From an uncultured delta proteobacterium (GTDB lineage Bacteria; Desulfobacterota; Binatia; UBA9968), in contig CAVWLW010000021.1 of assembly GCA_963755715.1 (NCBI GenBank), forward strand, positions 9,897 through 73,896: a stretch of 64,000 nt of DNA, read 5' to 3'. Below are positions 29,401 to 39,385 of the stretch, in pieces (within the stretch, counting starts at the first letter, position 1; the number at the start of each line of letters is the position of its first letter). Under the pieces are notes generated by a model. The model was not told the origin of the DNA. It saw nothing but the letters and a program-made list of their open reading frames with translations, and made no database searches. Position numbers and translations under genes: made by a program.

Positions 29401-30867
29401 GTGAGAACTGAAAACATTCCCGTAGTCGTAGTCGGCGGCGGCAGCGCCGCTTTTGAGGCGGCGGTCGCGGCTAAGCAAGCGGGCGCGCCGCAAGTCGTCA
29501 TGCTCGAAAAAGCGCCGGAGCCCGAGTTCGGCGGCAACGCGCGGTTTTCCCATACCGGATTTCGCTGGGTGTTTTCCGGCGCGGATGAAATCCGTAAGTT
29601 TCTGCCCGATTTGGATGCGGCGACGTTTCAGAAATTGAACTTGCCTGCCTATTCCGCGGACCAATTTCACGCCGATTTGCAGCGGGTCACACGCGGCCGC
29701 ATCGATAAGACGCTGGCGGACAGTCTCGTCAATCAATCTAATGCCGCGATTCATTGGATGCGCGAACTCGGTATCCGATGGGAGATCGATAGCCACGTGA
29801 TCATCGATGGTCGCTATTATTTTGAGCCGGGGCTCGTGATCCATCCCGTGGGCGGCGTCACCGGGGGCCTCGGGCAACTGGGGCAATGGCGTGAAATAGC
29901 GCTCGGCATGGGCGTCGAGCTTCGCTATGAGTCACGGGTGCGAAACTTGCTCGGTAATGACCGCCGGATCGAGGGCGTGGTCGTTTCCGATCCGAACGAA
30001 GAATACGAAATCAAGACGGGTTCGATCATTCTATGCGCGGGCGGTTTTCAAGCCAATGCTGAAATGCGCGCGCGCTATCTCGGCTCCAACGCCGACTTGA
30101 TGAAGGTGCGGGGCAGCAAGCATGACACCGGCGAGGTGCTGATGATGGCTCTCGCCATGGGCGCGAAAGCGGCCGGCCATTGGCAAGGCGCCCATGCCAC
30201 GCCGATCGATTCGACGTACCCCGACGTGGAGATCGGCAGTAAAGCCAATCGCTATGGTTATCCGTACGGCATCACCGTCAATACTTTGGGACAGCGTTTT
30301 TTCGACGAAGGCGAAGCGCGCCACTCGTACACCTATGCGAAAACAGGCTGGGCAGTGCTGGGTCAGCCGGGCGCGCTCGCCTATCAGATCTACGACCAGA
30401 AGACCATTCCACTGCTCGGCACAAGATACGAGTTTTCCACGCCCATAGAAGCCAACACCATTGATGAACTAGCCAGCAAGATCGGCATCGAATCCGCTGT
30501 GCTCAATCACACGATAAAAGAATTCAACAATGCTGCACGCAAAGACGTTCCGTTCGATGCGACGAAGCTAGACGGCAAGTGCACGGAAGGGATCACGCCG
30601 AAAAAATCCAACTGGTCAAGCCCCATCGACAAGCCGCCGTATTGGGCGTTTTCGATCACCGGCGGTGTCACGTTCACCTTCGGCGGATTGCAGATCAATA
30701 CTCAAGCGCAGGTACTCAACACATCGAACAATCCAATCCGCGGTTTGTTCGCCTCCGGTGACATCATCGGCTTGTTTTTCCATAACTATCCTTCTTGCAC
30801 TGGGCAGACTCGCAACGTGGTTTTTTCGCGGTTAGCTGGACGAAACGCGGCGGCGCTGGGGCTTTAG
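29401..30867 (+). CDS. TcuA-like FAD-dependent dehydrogenase (flavocytochrome c/fumarate reductase family)
   Basis: VVGGGSAA, GGNARFS, GGFQAN, YPYGITVN...RFFDEG, GVTFTFGGL, GLFFHNYP; no tcuB adjacent. Confidence 0.85.
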   Translation: MRTENIPVVVVGGGSAAFEAAVAAKQAGAPQVVMLEKAPEPEFGGNARFSHTGFRWVFSGADEIRKFLPDLDAATFQKLNLPAYSADQFHADLQRVTRGRIDKTLADSLVNQSNAAIHWMRELGIRWEIDSHVIIDGRYYFEPGLVIHPVGGVTGGLGQLGQWREIALGMGVELRYESRVRNLLGNDRRIEGVVVSDPNEEYEIKTGSIILCAGGFQANAEMRARYLGSNADLMKVRGSKHDTGEVLMMALAMGAKAAGHWQGAHATPIDSTYPDVEIGSKANRYGYPYGITVNTLGQRFFDEGEARHSYTYAKTGWAVLGQPGALAYQIYDQKTIPLLGTRYEFSTPIEANTIDELASKIGIESAVLNHTIKEFNNAARKDVPFDATKLDGKCTEGITPKKSNWSSPIDKPPYWAFSITGGVTFTFGGLQINTQAQVLNTSNNPIRGLFASGDIIGLFFHNYPSCTGQTRNVVFSRLAGRNAAALGL

Positions 30868-30938
30868 ATTTGCAGAATTGAGTTGACCACCGATACTCTC
30901 GGCAGCTTCACTCAGTCCCATCCGACGTTCTGGTTTTT

Positions 30939-32300
30939 CTACAGCTCGATAGTTCCTACCCCATCACGATTCACGACCTTCGAGCCATAGCGCTTTGACA
31001 ACCGGGCGACACGTCCCAGGACGCGATTGGCGACTTCGCCTTCGGCGAGCAAGGGTCTGCCTCGTTGTGGGCGTGGACGGCCGAAGCCTTGGTCGATCGG
31101 ATGAATTTTGATTGTCTTGAGTTTGCTTCGGCTGAACTCGCAGAGAGCGAACATGTTTTCCCAATAGGCGGGCTCGCTCGGGTGGCCCTTTTTGCCACCG
31201 TTGGTGCGGGCGTCGAGGAAGTCGGACGGTGTGGCTTTCAGATCCAAGTCGAAACGCTCATAGGCGTCGGCCGGGAAGAAGCCGACGGTTTCGTTTTGAA
31301 AGATCAAATTGCCGACGCTGTAAAAGATTGGCCGCTCTTTGTAGATTTCGATGCCCAAGGGGAAATGGGGGCCGTGACCGACGACGATGTCGGCGCCGGC
31401 GTCGATGGCGCTGTGGGCGAATTCGACGATGAAATCCGCGGGCTCTTCGAGTTCGGCACGGGTCGCGGCCGTGAGCAAACTGGCGCCGCCGAATTCATGA
31501 CAGTGCACGCTGACCACGACCCAGTCGGCCTGGCGGCGCGCCTCGCGGATCCAGCGCAGATTGTCCTGCAGGTCGCGTTCGTTGACCTGGGTCGCGATGG
31601 AAAAACCTTCGCTGCCGACGAAGCGGCTACCGAGCAGACTCAGCTCCGCCGACTTGGCATCGGGAATTTCTTTGTCACTGTAAAAATGCTTTCGCGCTCT
31701 TTCATGGCTTTTTTCAAAACCGAGTTCGCGGCTGATGCGTTTTAGTTGTTCGAAGGCTGCGGGGTCGACACGGTGCGTCGTTTGAAATCCTAAAGGATTG
31801 ATTCCTGGCCGGCCGCGCAAGTCGGGACGCTGCTCGCCGGCTTGATTCCAGGGTCTGAACGTCGCCGTGGTGGCAACGAGCGCCACGCGACCATTCGGCG
31901 TATCGAGATAAGCCGGCGCCCGCGCCTCAGCGAGATTTTTCCCAGTGCCGGCATGCGCCAGGCCGGCACTGTCGAGATGTTTGATATTCGCCAGCACACC
32001 GCCTTCACCGTAATCGAAGGCGTGATTGTTGGCGCAGCAAATCAGATTGATGCCGAGCCATTTCAAGTCCTCAAGCAAATTTGGATCGGTCGTCATGAAG
32101 GTGCCCTGCGTAATTCCGGGCGTGCCCTCGTCCCAATCGTGCACGGTACCTTCGAGATTGGCGAAGGCGGCGTCGGCGCTGCGCAGAATTTCGCGCAAAG
32201 CCAAGAAGCGTGGTTCTGTGAAAGGCGTGAGTTTACGCGTGAGCATGGTGTCGCCGGCGAGCGCAATGGTGAAATTTCCCGTTTCGGCTTGGTAAATCAT
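30939..32300 (-). CDS. CapA/PGA_cap family metallophosphoesterase-like protein
   Basis: LAGDTM, ANLEG, ANNHAFDYG, VSVHCHE, GHGPH, FYSVGN. Confidence 0.88.
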   Translation of the reverse strand: MIYQAETGNFTIALAGDTMLTRKLTPFTEPRFLALREILRSADAAFANLEGTVHDWDEGTPGITQGTFMTTDPNLLEDLKWLGINLICCANNHAFDYGEGGVLANIKHLDSAGLAHAGTGKNLAEARAPAYLDTPNGRVALVATTATFRPWNQAGEQRPDLRGRPGINPLGFQTTHRVDPAAFEQLKRISRELGFEKSHERARKHFYSDKEIPDAKSAELSLLGSRFVGSEGFSIATQVNERDLQDNLRWIREARRQADWVVVSVHCHEFGGASLLTAATRAELEEPADFIVEFAHSAIDAGADIVVGHGPHFPLGIEIYKERPIFYSVGNLIFQNETVGFFPADAYERFDLDLKATPSDFLDARTNGGKKGHPSEPAYWENMFALCEFSRSKLKTIKIHPIDQGFGRPRPQRGRPLLAEGEVANRVLGRVARLSKRYGSKVVNRDGVGTIEL

Positions 32301-32465
32301 TTTTATCTCCCGACTTCTTGATTCGTGTCTTTCGCAGTCGATGCCGAGGAATCTCGTTTTGAGTCGAGACCCTCCATCACAGAATTCAAGATGACGCCGT
32401 GACGTTCATTGCGGATAAGCCATTATTCGATTCTTTGAACGCGATTGGCGATTTTAGTCTCAAAT

Positions 32466-33476
32466 TTATTTCAATCCCATCACCTTCCGGTACGTTTGAA
32501 AATATTCGTTGTAGCGTGACGCCAGTGTCATCGGCAGCGGTACGATTTTCGTTTTTGGCGGCGCTTCACTGAGAATAGGCGAACTGACATCCGTGCGCGG
32601 CGCGAAGTAGCCGGCTGCGCCGAGGATTTCCTGGCCCTCGCGCGATAATAGAAAATCAACGAGCAAACGCGCCGCGCTCGGATGGGGCGCGTCTTTGACG
32701 ACGCCGAGGCCGAAGGTGAGGCCGATGACTGGCTCGGGCGCGATCCAGTCGATCGGCGCGCCGTCTTTTTTCAGACGATCGACGCCATTGGCAAAAGCGA
32801 CCACGGCGACGGGGCGCTCGCCGGCGGCGACCATGGTTTGGATCAACGAGTGGCCGGTGCGAAACTGAATATCCTGGGCGGCGAGCTTGCGTAAAAGGTC
32901 CAAAGTTTTTGCCTCGCCTGAGTAGGTCATCATGCCAGCCATCCATTTGCTCTCGTTTTCATCCATGATCAGTTGGCCTTTCCATTTGGGCTCGGTTAAA
33001 TCCCAGAAGCCCTTCGGCATCGGCAGGCCGGGAAATCGGCGCGTATTGTAGGCGATCACGTTGAGCGTGGCCGAGTGCAGAGTCCAAAGACCTTTGTCGT
33101 CTTTGTAGTCGGCGGGAAAAGCGGCGCGCTCGGGAGAATGGTAGCTGTCGAAGATTCCCTTCTGTAGCACGCCGTAAAAATCGAACCCCGATTGGTGCAC
33201 GACGTCGGCGGAAATCTTGCGCGCTTGTGCTTCGGCAACCAGGCGCGTGGCCATTTTTTCCGAACCGATGCGCACGGCGTCAACTTTGATGAAGGGATAT
33301 TTCTTTTCAAAGGCGGCGGTGAGCCGTTGCGCAGACTGAGCTTCCATCGAAGCGTAAAGGACGACTTGTGCTTCTTTCCTCGCACCGTCAAGCGCCGGCT
33401 GTGCCGCCCCCGCTTCGAAATTGAGAAAAACCAGAGCGAAGATTAGACACCGGTTCGAACCTGAGCGAAACGTCAT
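32466..33476 (-). CDS. Fe3+/thiamine-type ABC extracellular solute-binding protein (orphan)
   Basis: ARKEAQVVLYASM, FEKKYPFIKV, DLTEPKWKG, APHPSAARLLVDFLLSREGQ. Confidence 0.88.
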   Translation of the reverse strand: MTFRSGSNRCLIFALVFLNFEAGAAQPALDGARKEAQVVLYASMEAQSAQRLTAAFEKKYPFIKVDAVRIGSEKMATRLVAEAQARKISADVVHQSGFDFYGVLQKGIFDSYHSPERAAFPADYKDDKGLWTLHSATLNVIAYNTRRFPGLPMPKGFWDLTEPKWKGQLIMDENESKWMAGMMTYSGEAKTLDLLRKLAAQDIQFRTGHSLIQTMVAAGERPVAVVAFANGVDRLKKDGAPIDWIAPEPVIGLTFGLGVVKDAPHPSAARLLVDFLLSREGQEILGAAGYFAPRTDVSSPILSEAPPKTKIVPLPMTLASRYNEYFQTYRKVMGLK

Positions 33477-33703
33477 GGTACCGCTCCTTGAGATTGGTTT
33501 ATGACGCGTTGCGGAGATGAACCACCGACTAACACCAACGGCGCTGGATCGTCAACGTCAACCTTGCCGGTGAATCTGAAACTCATAAAACCGTGTGGCT
33601 TCACCGTTACCTTGACTTCGCTAAATTTTTCTCGTAGAAAAAACTTAACAATCTTGATGATTTGCCTTGAAATTGTTCCATACCTTTTTCATTGCCACCG
33701 GAC

Positions 33704-34060
33704 ATGAATAATCCTTATTTCCCGCTGCTCGTGATCTTTGCGCTGGCGGCGGTCGTGGTACTGGCGCTGCTGTTGATTGCCTCGAAGGTCGGACCCAAAT
33801 CGAGCAATCCGGCCAAAGCGGAGCCCTTCGAATCCGGCAACCCGCCGCGCGGCGACGCGCGCATTCGCATCTCGGTTAAATTCTATCTGATCGCGATGTT
33901 ATTTCTGATCTTCGATCTCGAAGTCGTGTTCCTCTATCCGTGGGCGATTTATCTTCGTCAGTTGGGAGTTTTTGGCTTGGTACAGATGGGAATTTTCCTC
34001 GTCATTCTGACGATCGGCTATGTCTACATGTGGAAAAAGGGCGCTCTGGACTGGGATTGA
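33704..34060 (+). CDS. nuoA: NADH-quinone oxidoreductase subunit A
   Basis: KAEPFESG, FYLIAMLFLIFDLEVVFLYPWA, KKGALDWD. Confidence 0.96.
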   Translation: MNNPYFPLLVIFALAAVVVLALLLIASKVGPKSSNPAKAEPFESGNPPRGDARIRISVKFYLIAMLFLIFDLEVVFLYPWAIYLRQLGVFGLVQMGIFLVILTIGYVYMWKKGALDWD

Positions 34061-34066
34061 TGGCCA

Positions 34067-34630
34067 ATGGCGGAAACCAACTCTCAACTTTCAGCCGTTC
34101 AGGGGAAACTTGGTTCCAAGGTTATCGAGACTTCGGAGCCGCAGGGCGATGACGTGTTGATTCTTGACCGCAGCGACCTGCGAGAAAGTTTTCGCATCTT
34201 GAAGGAAGACCCGGAGCTCGATTTTGCTTTTTTATCGGATATCACGGCGGTGGATTATTGGCACAAGAAAGAACCACGTTTCGAAGTCGTCTATCAGATT
34301 TTGTCGCGCGCCAAACGAAGACGGCTGCGGATTCGAGTGCCGGTGCCGGAAAATGATCCGTCCGTGGAGTCGCTCACGCCGCTTTGGCGCGGCGCGAATT
34401 TCATGGAGCGCGAAGTCTGGGATCTTTTCGGCATCCGTTTTATCGATCATCCGGATTTGCGACGCATTCTTTTGTATGATGAATTTAAAGGCTATCCGCT
34501 GCGCAAAGACTATCCGGTCAACTTAGTCCAGCCGCGGGTTCCCGAGCGGCCCGTCGATGGCACGTTTGTCGATGAGCGCTCACGGAATAAATTATTGCGC
34601 CTGCAAAAATCTTTGGGCAGCAAGATTTAA
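34067..34630 (+). CDS. nuoC: NADH-quinone oxidoreductase subunit C
   Basis: EREVWDLFGIRF, HPDLRRIL, YPLRKDYP. Confidence 0.95.
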   Translation: MAETNSQLSAVQGKLGSKVIETSEPQGDDVLILDRSDLRESFRILKEDPELDFAFLSDITAVDYWHKKEPRFEVVYQILSRAKRRRLRIRVPVPENDPSVESLTPLWRGANFMEREVWDLFGIRFIDHPDLRRILLYDEFKGYPLRKDYPVNLVQPRVPERPVDGTFVDERSRNKLLRLQKSLGSKI

Positions 34631-34639
34631 CGCATTGCG

Positions 34640-35830
34640 ATGAAAGCAGAAACCAAAGAGCTTCCTTCGGAGATCATGGAACTGCAGATGGGGCCGTCCC
34701 ATCCAGCGACCCATGGGACCATCAAGTTTAATCTCAAGCTCGACGGCGAGAAAGTGCTCGATTGCGACGTCGAAGTCGGATTTCTCCATCGCGGTTTTGA
34801 CAAGAGCTGTGAGCAAGCGACCTGGACTCAAGTCATTCCTTATACGGACCGTCTGAACTACGCCTCGTCGCTGATCAACAACGTGGGTTACGCCCTGGCC
34901 GTGGAAAAACTGATCGGCGCCGAAACGCCGTTGCGCTGCCAGTACATTCGCGTGATCGTCAGCGAGCTGGCGCGGCTTTACGATCACCTCACCTGCTGTG
35001 GCATGGCGTCATCGGAGCTCGGCGCGATCACCGCCGGTTTTTACATGATCGAGGCGCGCGAGCTGATTACTCGAATTATCGAGAATTTAACCGGCGCGCG
35101 CCTCACAGTGACTTATGTGCGCATCGGTGGCTTGAAACACGACCTGCCGCACGACTTTGCCGAGAGCGTAACCCGGGCCTTTAAGACCATCCGCAAGCTG
35201 CTCGACGATTGCGATCGTTTGCTTTCGCGTAACCGGATTTTTCTCGACCGCGTGTCGAACGTCGGCGTTATTTCCCAGGAAACCGCGTTGAGCTATTGCC
35301 TCACCGGGCCGATCCTGCGCTCCACCGGCGTCGATTACGACGTACGCAAGGCTTTTCCCTATTTGGTTTATGACCAGCTCGATTTCGAGGTGCCGGTGGG
35401 CAGTCGGGGTGATAACTACGACCGGTTCCTTTGCCGCATCCGTGAGATCGAGCAGAGCATGAAGATCGTCGAGCAGGCACTGGCGAACCTGCCGGTGGGG
35501 CCGGTATGGATCGAAGACCCGCGCTTCGTCTTGCCGGAGAAAGAAAAAGTTTACGGCAGCATCGAAGGGCTGATGCATCATTTCAAGATCATCATGGAAG
35601 GGATCCATGTTCCCGCCGGTGAAACTTACTTCGCGGTCGAAGGCGGCAACGGCGAATTGGGCTTCTACATCGTCAGCGACGGCGGCGGCAGGCCCTACCG
35701 CATCCGCGTGCGCCCGCCGTGCTTTATCGCCATGGGAGCGTTTCACGAAATGATCAAAGGTTACATGGTCGCCGATATTGTGCCGACGTTCGGCATGGTG
35801 AACATGATCGGCGGGGAGTGCGATAGGTAA
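34640..35830 (+). CDS. nuoD: NADH-quinone oxidoreductase subunit D
   Basis: MGPSHPATHG, GFLHRG, DRLNY, GELGFY, GECDR. Confidence 0.96.
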   Translation: MKAETKELPSEIMELQMGPSHPATHGTIKFNLKLDGEKVLDCDVEVGFLHRGFDKSCEQATWTQVIPYTDRLNYASSLINNVGYALAVEKLIGAETPLRCQYIRVIVSELARLYDHLTCCGMASSELGAITAGFYMIEARELITRIIENLTGARLTVTYVRIGGLKHDLPHDFAESVTRAFKTIRKLLDDCDRLLSRNRIFLDRVSNVGVISQETALSYCLTGPILRSTGVDYDVRKAFPYLVYDQLDFEVPVGSRGDNYDRFLCRIREIEQSMKIVEQALANLPVGPVWIEDPRFVLPEKEKVYGSIEGLMHHFKIIMEGIHVPAGETYFAVEGGNGELGFYIVSDGGGRPYRIRVRPPCFIAMGAFHEMIKGYMVADIVPTFGMVNMIGGECDR

Positions 35831-35835
35831 GTCGG

Positions 35836-35875
35836 GGATAGAAGGATAGGAGTTCTTCTATCTTCCGATCTTCCA
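35836..35875. repeat. Short inverted octamer-repeat element between nuoD and nuoE
   Basis: GGATAGAA-GGATAGGA ... TTCTTCTA-TCTTCCGA-TCTTCCA. Confidence 0.5.
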
Positions 35876-35894
35876 TGCTCGGTTCAAACGAAAA

Positions 35895-36368
35895 ATGGCA
35901 CTAGAATTTTCACCTGGGACACTGAAGAAGTTCGAAGAAACTGTGGCGCGCTACCCGAAAAAGGAAGCGGCCATGTTGCCGGTGCTTTACCTGGCGCAAG
36001 AGGAATTTGGCCATTTGGGGCCTGAGGCGATTGAATATGTCGCCACATTGATGGAGCAGACGCCGGCGCGGGTGCATGGCGTGGTGAGCTTTTACACCAT
36101 GTTCAACATGAAGCCGATCGGCCGCCATCATATTCAAGTTTGCCGTACGCTGTCTTGCGCCCTCGGCGGCGCCGAAAAGATGACGGCGTTCATTAAACAA
36201 AAACTCGGTATCGAGATCGGGCAAACCACGGCTGACGGACGATTTACTTTAAGCGAAGTGGAATGTCTCGCCTCGTGCGGCACCGCGCCGATGATGCAAA
36301 TCAACGACGAATATTACGAAAATCTCAACGAAGACAAAGTAGCGGTCATTCTGGAAAACCTGAAATAG
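35895..36368 (+). CDS. nuoE: NADH-quinone oxidoreductase subunit E
   Basis: SFYTMF, VCRTLSC, VECLASCGTAP (2Fe-2S ligands). Confidence 0.96.
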   Translation: MALEFSPGTLKKFEETVARYPKKEAAMLPVLYLAQEEFGHLGPEAIEYVATLMEQTPARVHGVVSFYTMFNMKPIGRHHIQVCRTLSCALGGAEKMTAFIKQKLGIEIGQTTADGRFTLSEVECLASCGTAPMMQINDEYYENLNEDKVAVILENLK

Positions 36369-36434
36369 CGACGAGGACCGAAGAGCACTGAGCGTCGTCG
36401 AATCTCCGGTTTACGTCGTTTCTATCTGATCGAG

Positions 36435-37700
36435 ATGGAAAAAATTCTGCTCCGTAACGTCGGTGTTGCCGACTCCCACACGCTGGCGGCCTATGCTGGG
36501 CGGGGCGGTTATCGCTCTTGGCAGAAAGTCGTCGAGAGCATGAAGCCGGCGGAGCTGATCGACGAAGTCAAAGCGTCCGGGCTACGCGGCCGCGGCGGCG
36601 CGGGGTTCCCCACCGGCATGAAGTGGAGCTTTGTCCCGAAAGACAACCCAAAGCCCAAATACCTCGTCTGCAACGCGGACGAAAGCGAGCCGGGCACTTT
36701 CAAAGATCGCTTGCTGATTGAGCAAGATCCCCATGCGGTCATAGAAGGGACTTTGATTTCAGCTTACGCGATTCAGTCGCACACGGCCTTTATTTATATT
36801 CGGGGCGAGATGGTCTACGGCGCCACGCGGCTGGAGCGCGCCGTCGAGGAGGCTTATCGAGCCGGCTTCATCGGTAAGAATATTTTTGGCTCCGGTTACG
36901 ACTTGGACCTAATCGTCCATCGTGGCGCGGGCGCCTATATCTGCGGCGAAGAAACCGCGTTGCTGTCGTCATTGGAAGGCAGCCGCGGCTGGCCTAAACT
37001 GAAGCCGCCGTTTCCAGCGACCCACGGCCTTTTCGGTTGTCCGACGGTGGTGAACAATGTCGAGACGCTGGCCGCCTTGCCCTGGATCATCGAGCGCGGC
37101 GCGCCGGCTTATGCCGCTATTGGCACAGAGAAAAGCAAGGGGACGAAGCTCTTCAGCGTCAGCGGTCATATCGCCAAGCCCGGCGTCTACGAGTTGGAAA
37201 TGGGTTATCCGTTCAAAAAGTTTCTCGAAGAGGATTGCGGCGGCGTGCCGGGCGGCAAAAAACTCAAAGGCGTGATTCCCGGCGGCGGTTCGATGCCCGT
37301 GATGCTTCCCGACGAGATTGACAAAGTGAACCTCGACTACGAATCAGTTCAGGCCGCGGGCAGTCTGCTCGGTTCGGGCGGCGTGATCGTCATGGACGAA
37401 AGCACCTGCATGGTGCGGGCCGCGTTGAACCTTTCTCGATTCTTCGCGCACGAGTCCTGCGGCCAATGCAGCCCATGCCGCGAAGGCTGCCACTGGATGG
37501 AGAAGATTCTGCACCGGATCGAATATGGCCAGGGCGAACAAGGTGATTTGGATCTGATTCTCAACATCGCGGGCAACATCGCGGGCAACACGATCTGCCC
37601 CTTCGGTGATGCCGCCGCCTGGCCGCCGGGCGCATTCATACGCAAATTTCGCGGCGAATTTGAAGCGCACGTCGCAGAGAAACGGTGCACGGTGGGATAA
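36435..37700 (+). CDS. nuoF: NADH-quinone oxidoreductase subunit F
   Basis: GLRGRGGAGFPTGMKW, NADESEPGTFKDR, GAGAYICGEET, ESCGQCSPCREG. Confidence 0.97.
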   Translation: MEKILLRNVGVADSHTLAAYAGRGGYRSWQKVVESMKPAELIDEVKASGLRGRGGAGFPTGMKWSFVPKDNPKPKYLVCNADESEPGTFKDRLLIEQDPHAVIEGTLISAYAIQSHTAFIYIRGEMVYGATRLERAVEEAYRAGFIGKNIFGSGYDLDLIVHRGAGAYICGEETALLSSLEGSRGWPKLKPPFPATHGLFGCPTVVNNVETLAALPWIIERGAPAYAAIGTEKSKGTKLFSVSGHIAKPGVYELEMGYPFKKFLEEDCGGVPGGKKLKGVIPGGGSMPVMLPDEIDKVNLDYESVQAAGSLLGSGGVIVMDESTCMVRAALNLSRFFAHESCGQCSPCREGCHWMEKILHRIEYGQGEQGDLDLILNIAGNIAGNTICPFGDAAAWPPGAFIRKFRGEFEAHVAEKRCTVG

Positions 37701-37706
37701 TAAACC

Positions 37707-37767
37707 GTAGGGGCGGACCTGCGTGTCCGCCCTGTTCGGACGGGCGACCACACAGGGTCGCCCCTAC
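37707..37767. repeat. GTAG-family REP doublet (REPIN-like) between nuoF and nuoG
   Basis: GTAGGGGCGGACCTGCGTGTCCGCCC ... GGGCGACCACACAGGGTCGCCCCTAC: two hairpins in inverted orientation with GTAG/CTAC ends. Confidence 0.8.
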
Positions 37768-37782
37768 ATAAAAATTAGATTC

Positions 37783-39385
37783 ATGGATCCGGTAAAGATC
37801 ACTATCGACGGCAAGGAAGTCGTCACCACCAAAGGCAAGACGGTCATTCAGGCGGCCGACGATGTCGGCATCCCGATTCCGATTCCGCGCTATTGCTATC
37901 ATCCGAAGCTTTCCATCGCGGGCAATTGCCGCATGTGCATGGTCGAGATCGAGAAAATGCCCAAGCTGCAGATCGCCTGCAACACGCAGGTGGCCGAGGG
38001 CATGTCTGTTTTGACCCAAAGCCCCAAGGTCTTGGCGGTGCGCAAGTCGGTCTTGGAATTCTTGCTGGTCAATCATCCCGTGGACTGTCCGATCTGCGAT
38101 CAAGCCGGCGAGTGCTTGCTCCAAGACTATTACATGGAGCACGACCGCCAGGAGAGCCGCTTCGACGTGGGCAAGGTCCACGATCGCAAGAAAACGATTT
38201 TTGGGCCCAACGTTATTTTCGACGGCGAGCGCTGCATCAAATGCACGCGTTGCGTGCGTTTCTGCCAGGAGATCACCAAGACCGACGAGCTGACGGTGAT
38301 CAATCGCGGCGATCACTCGACCATTGCGCTGTTCGACAACACGGTGCTCGACAATCCGCTGTCGGCCAACGTCGTCGACATTTGTCCGGTCGGCGCGCTG
38401 ACCGATCGGGATTTTCGCTTCAAAGTGCGAGTCTGGTATCTGCAAAAAACCCCGTCGATCTGCCCGGGCTGCAGCACCGGCTGCAACATCAGCGTCGAAG
38501 CCTATCAGAATCGGATCGCGCGCTTTAAGCCGCGGATCAATGAAGCGGTCAACAGCCATTGGCTTTGCGACGAGGGGCGCTATTGCTTTCACGATCTGGC
38601 CGGTGGCGAACGTTTGACCACGCCGATGATTCGCCAAGAAGGCGGACTGGTGCCAACGACCTGGGAAAAGGCGCTCCAAGCCGTTTATTCCGGTCTTAAA
38701 TCGGCGCAGCCCGTGGCCGGGATTCTTTCCGGAAGAAATACCAACGAAGAAGCGTTTCTTGTTTGCCAAGCTCGTTAAGAAGCTCGCCGCCGACTATGCG
38801 CTCGAAGTGTTTTACCAGGAACGCGAGCTCACCCAAGTGCAAAAGATTCTCATGAGCCCGGATCGCTCGCCCAACTTTCGCGGCGCGCGCGCGATGGGCG
38901 TGAGCACCAACGGCGGTTTCGATGCGCTCATGCAAAAACTGATCGCCGGGAGCTTCTCTGCTGCCTATGTCGTCGGTGAAGATCTGCTCGCCAGCGCGGC
39001 CGAGCCGGATCAAGCGCGGGCCGCGTTGCAAAAACTTCCCTTTTTGGTCGTGCAGGATACGCGCATGACGGAGACCGTGAAGCTCGCGCATGTGGTTTTG
39101 CCGGCGACGCACTTCGGCGAAAAGGAGGGGACCTACACCAATCGCCAAGGCCGCCTGCAAAAACTCAACGCCGCCCTGATCCCGCCCGAGGGCGCGCTGC
39201 AGGACAGCGAGATATTCACGCGTTTGTTGGATCTTGCCGGAGAGAAAAACGGGTATACGACGACGGCGGAGATTTTTGCGGCGTTGAGCCATGAAGTTTC
39301 CGCCTATGCGAATATAGACTACGATTCGATCGATGATCAGGGGATAGAGCTGGAAGCGGCGGTGGCGGAAAATCATGATCGTTGA
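37783..39385 (+). CDS. nuoG: NADH-quinone oxidoreductase subunit G (short, about 533 aa), +1 frameshift near 38757
   Basis: RYCYH...GNCRMC, HPVDCPICDQAGEC, RCIKCTRC, CPGCSTGC; the C-terminal part (EKEGTYTNRQGRLQ) is in the next frame. Confidence 0.93.

Noticed and set aside
32325-32400. Possible degenerate palindromic repeat (GAGGAATCTC...GAGACCCTC...GATGAC)
   Set aside because: Single, weakly paired copy; cannot be supported from this window.
37868-37890. Extra Ile-Pro in NuoG (IPIPIP, CCGATT repeated)
   Set aside because: A 6-nt duplication that may be a read artefact or neutral; nothing further supports significance.
37636-38769. 377-aa minus-strand ORF
   Set aside because: Antisense to well-supported nuoG.
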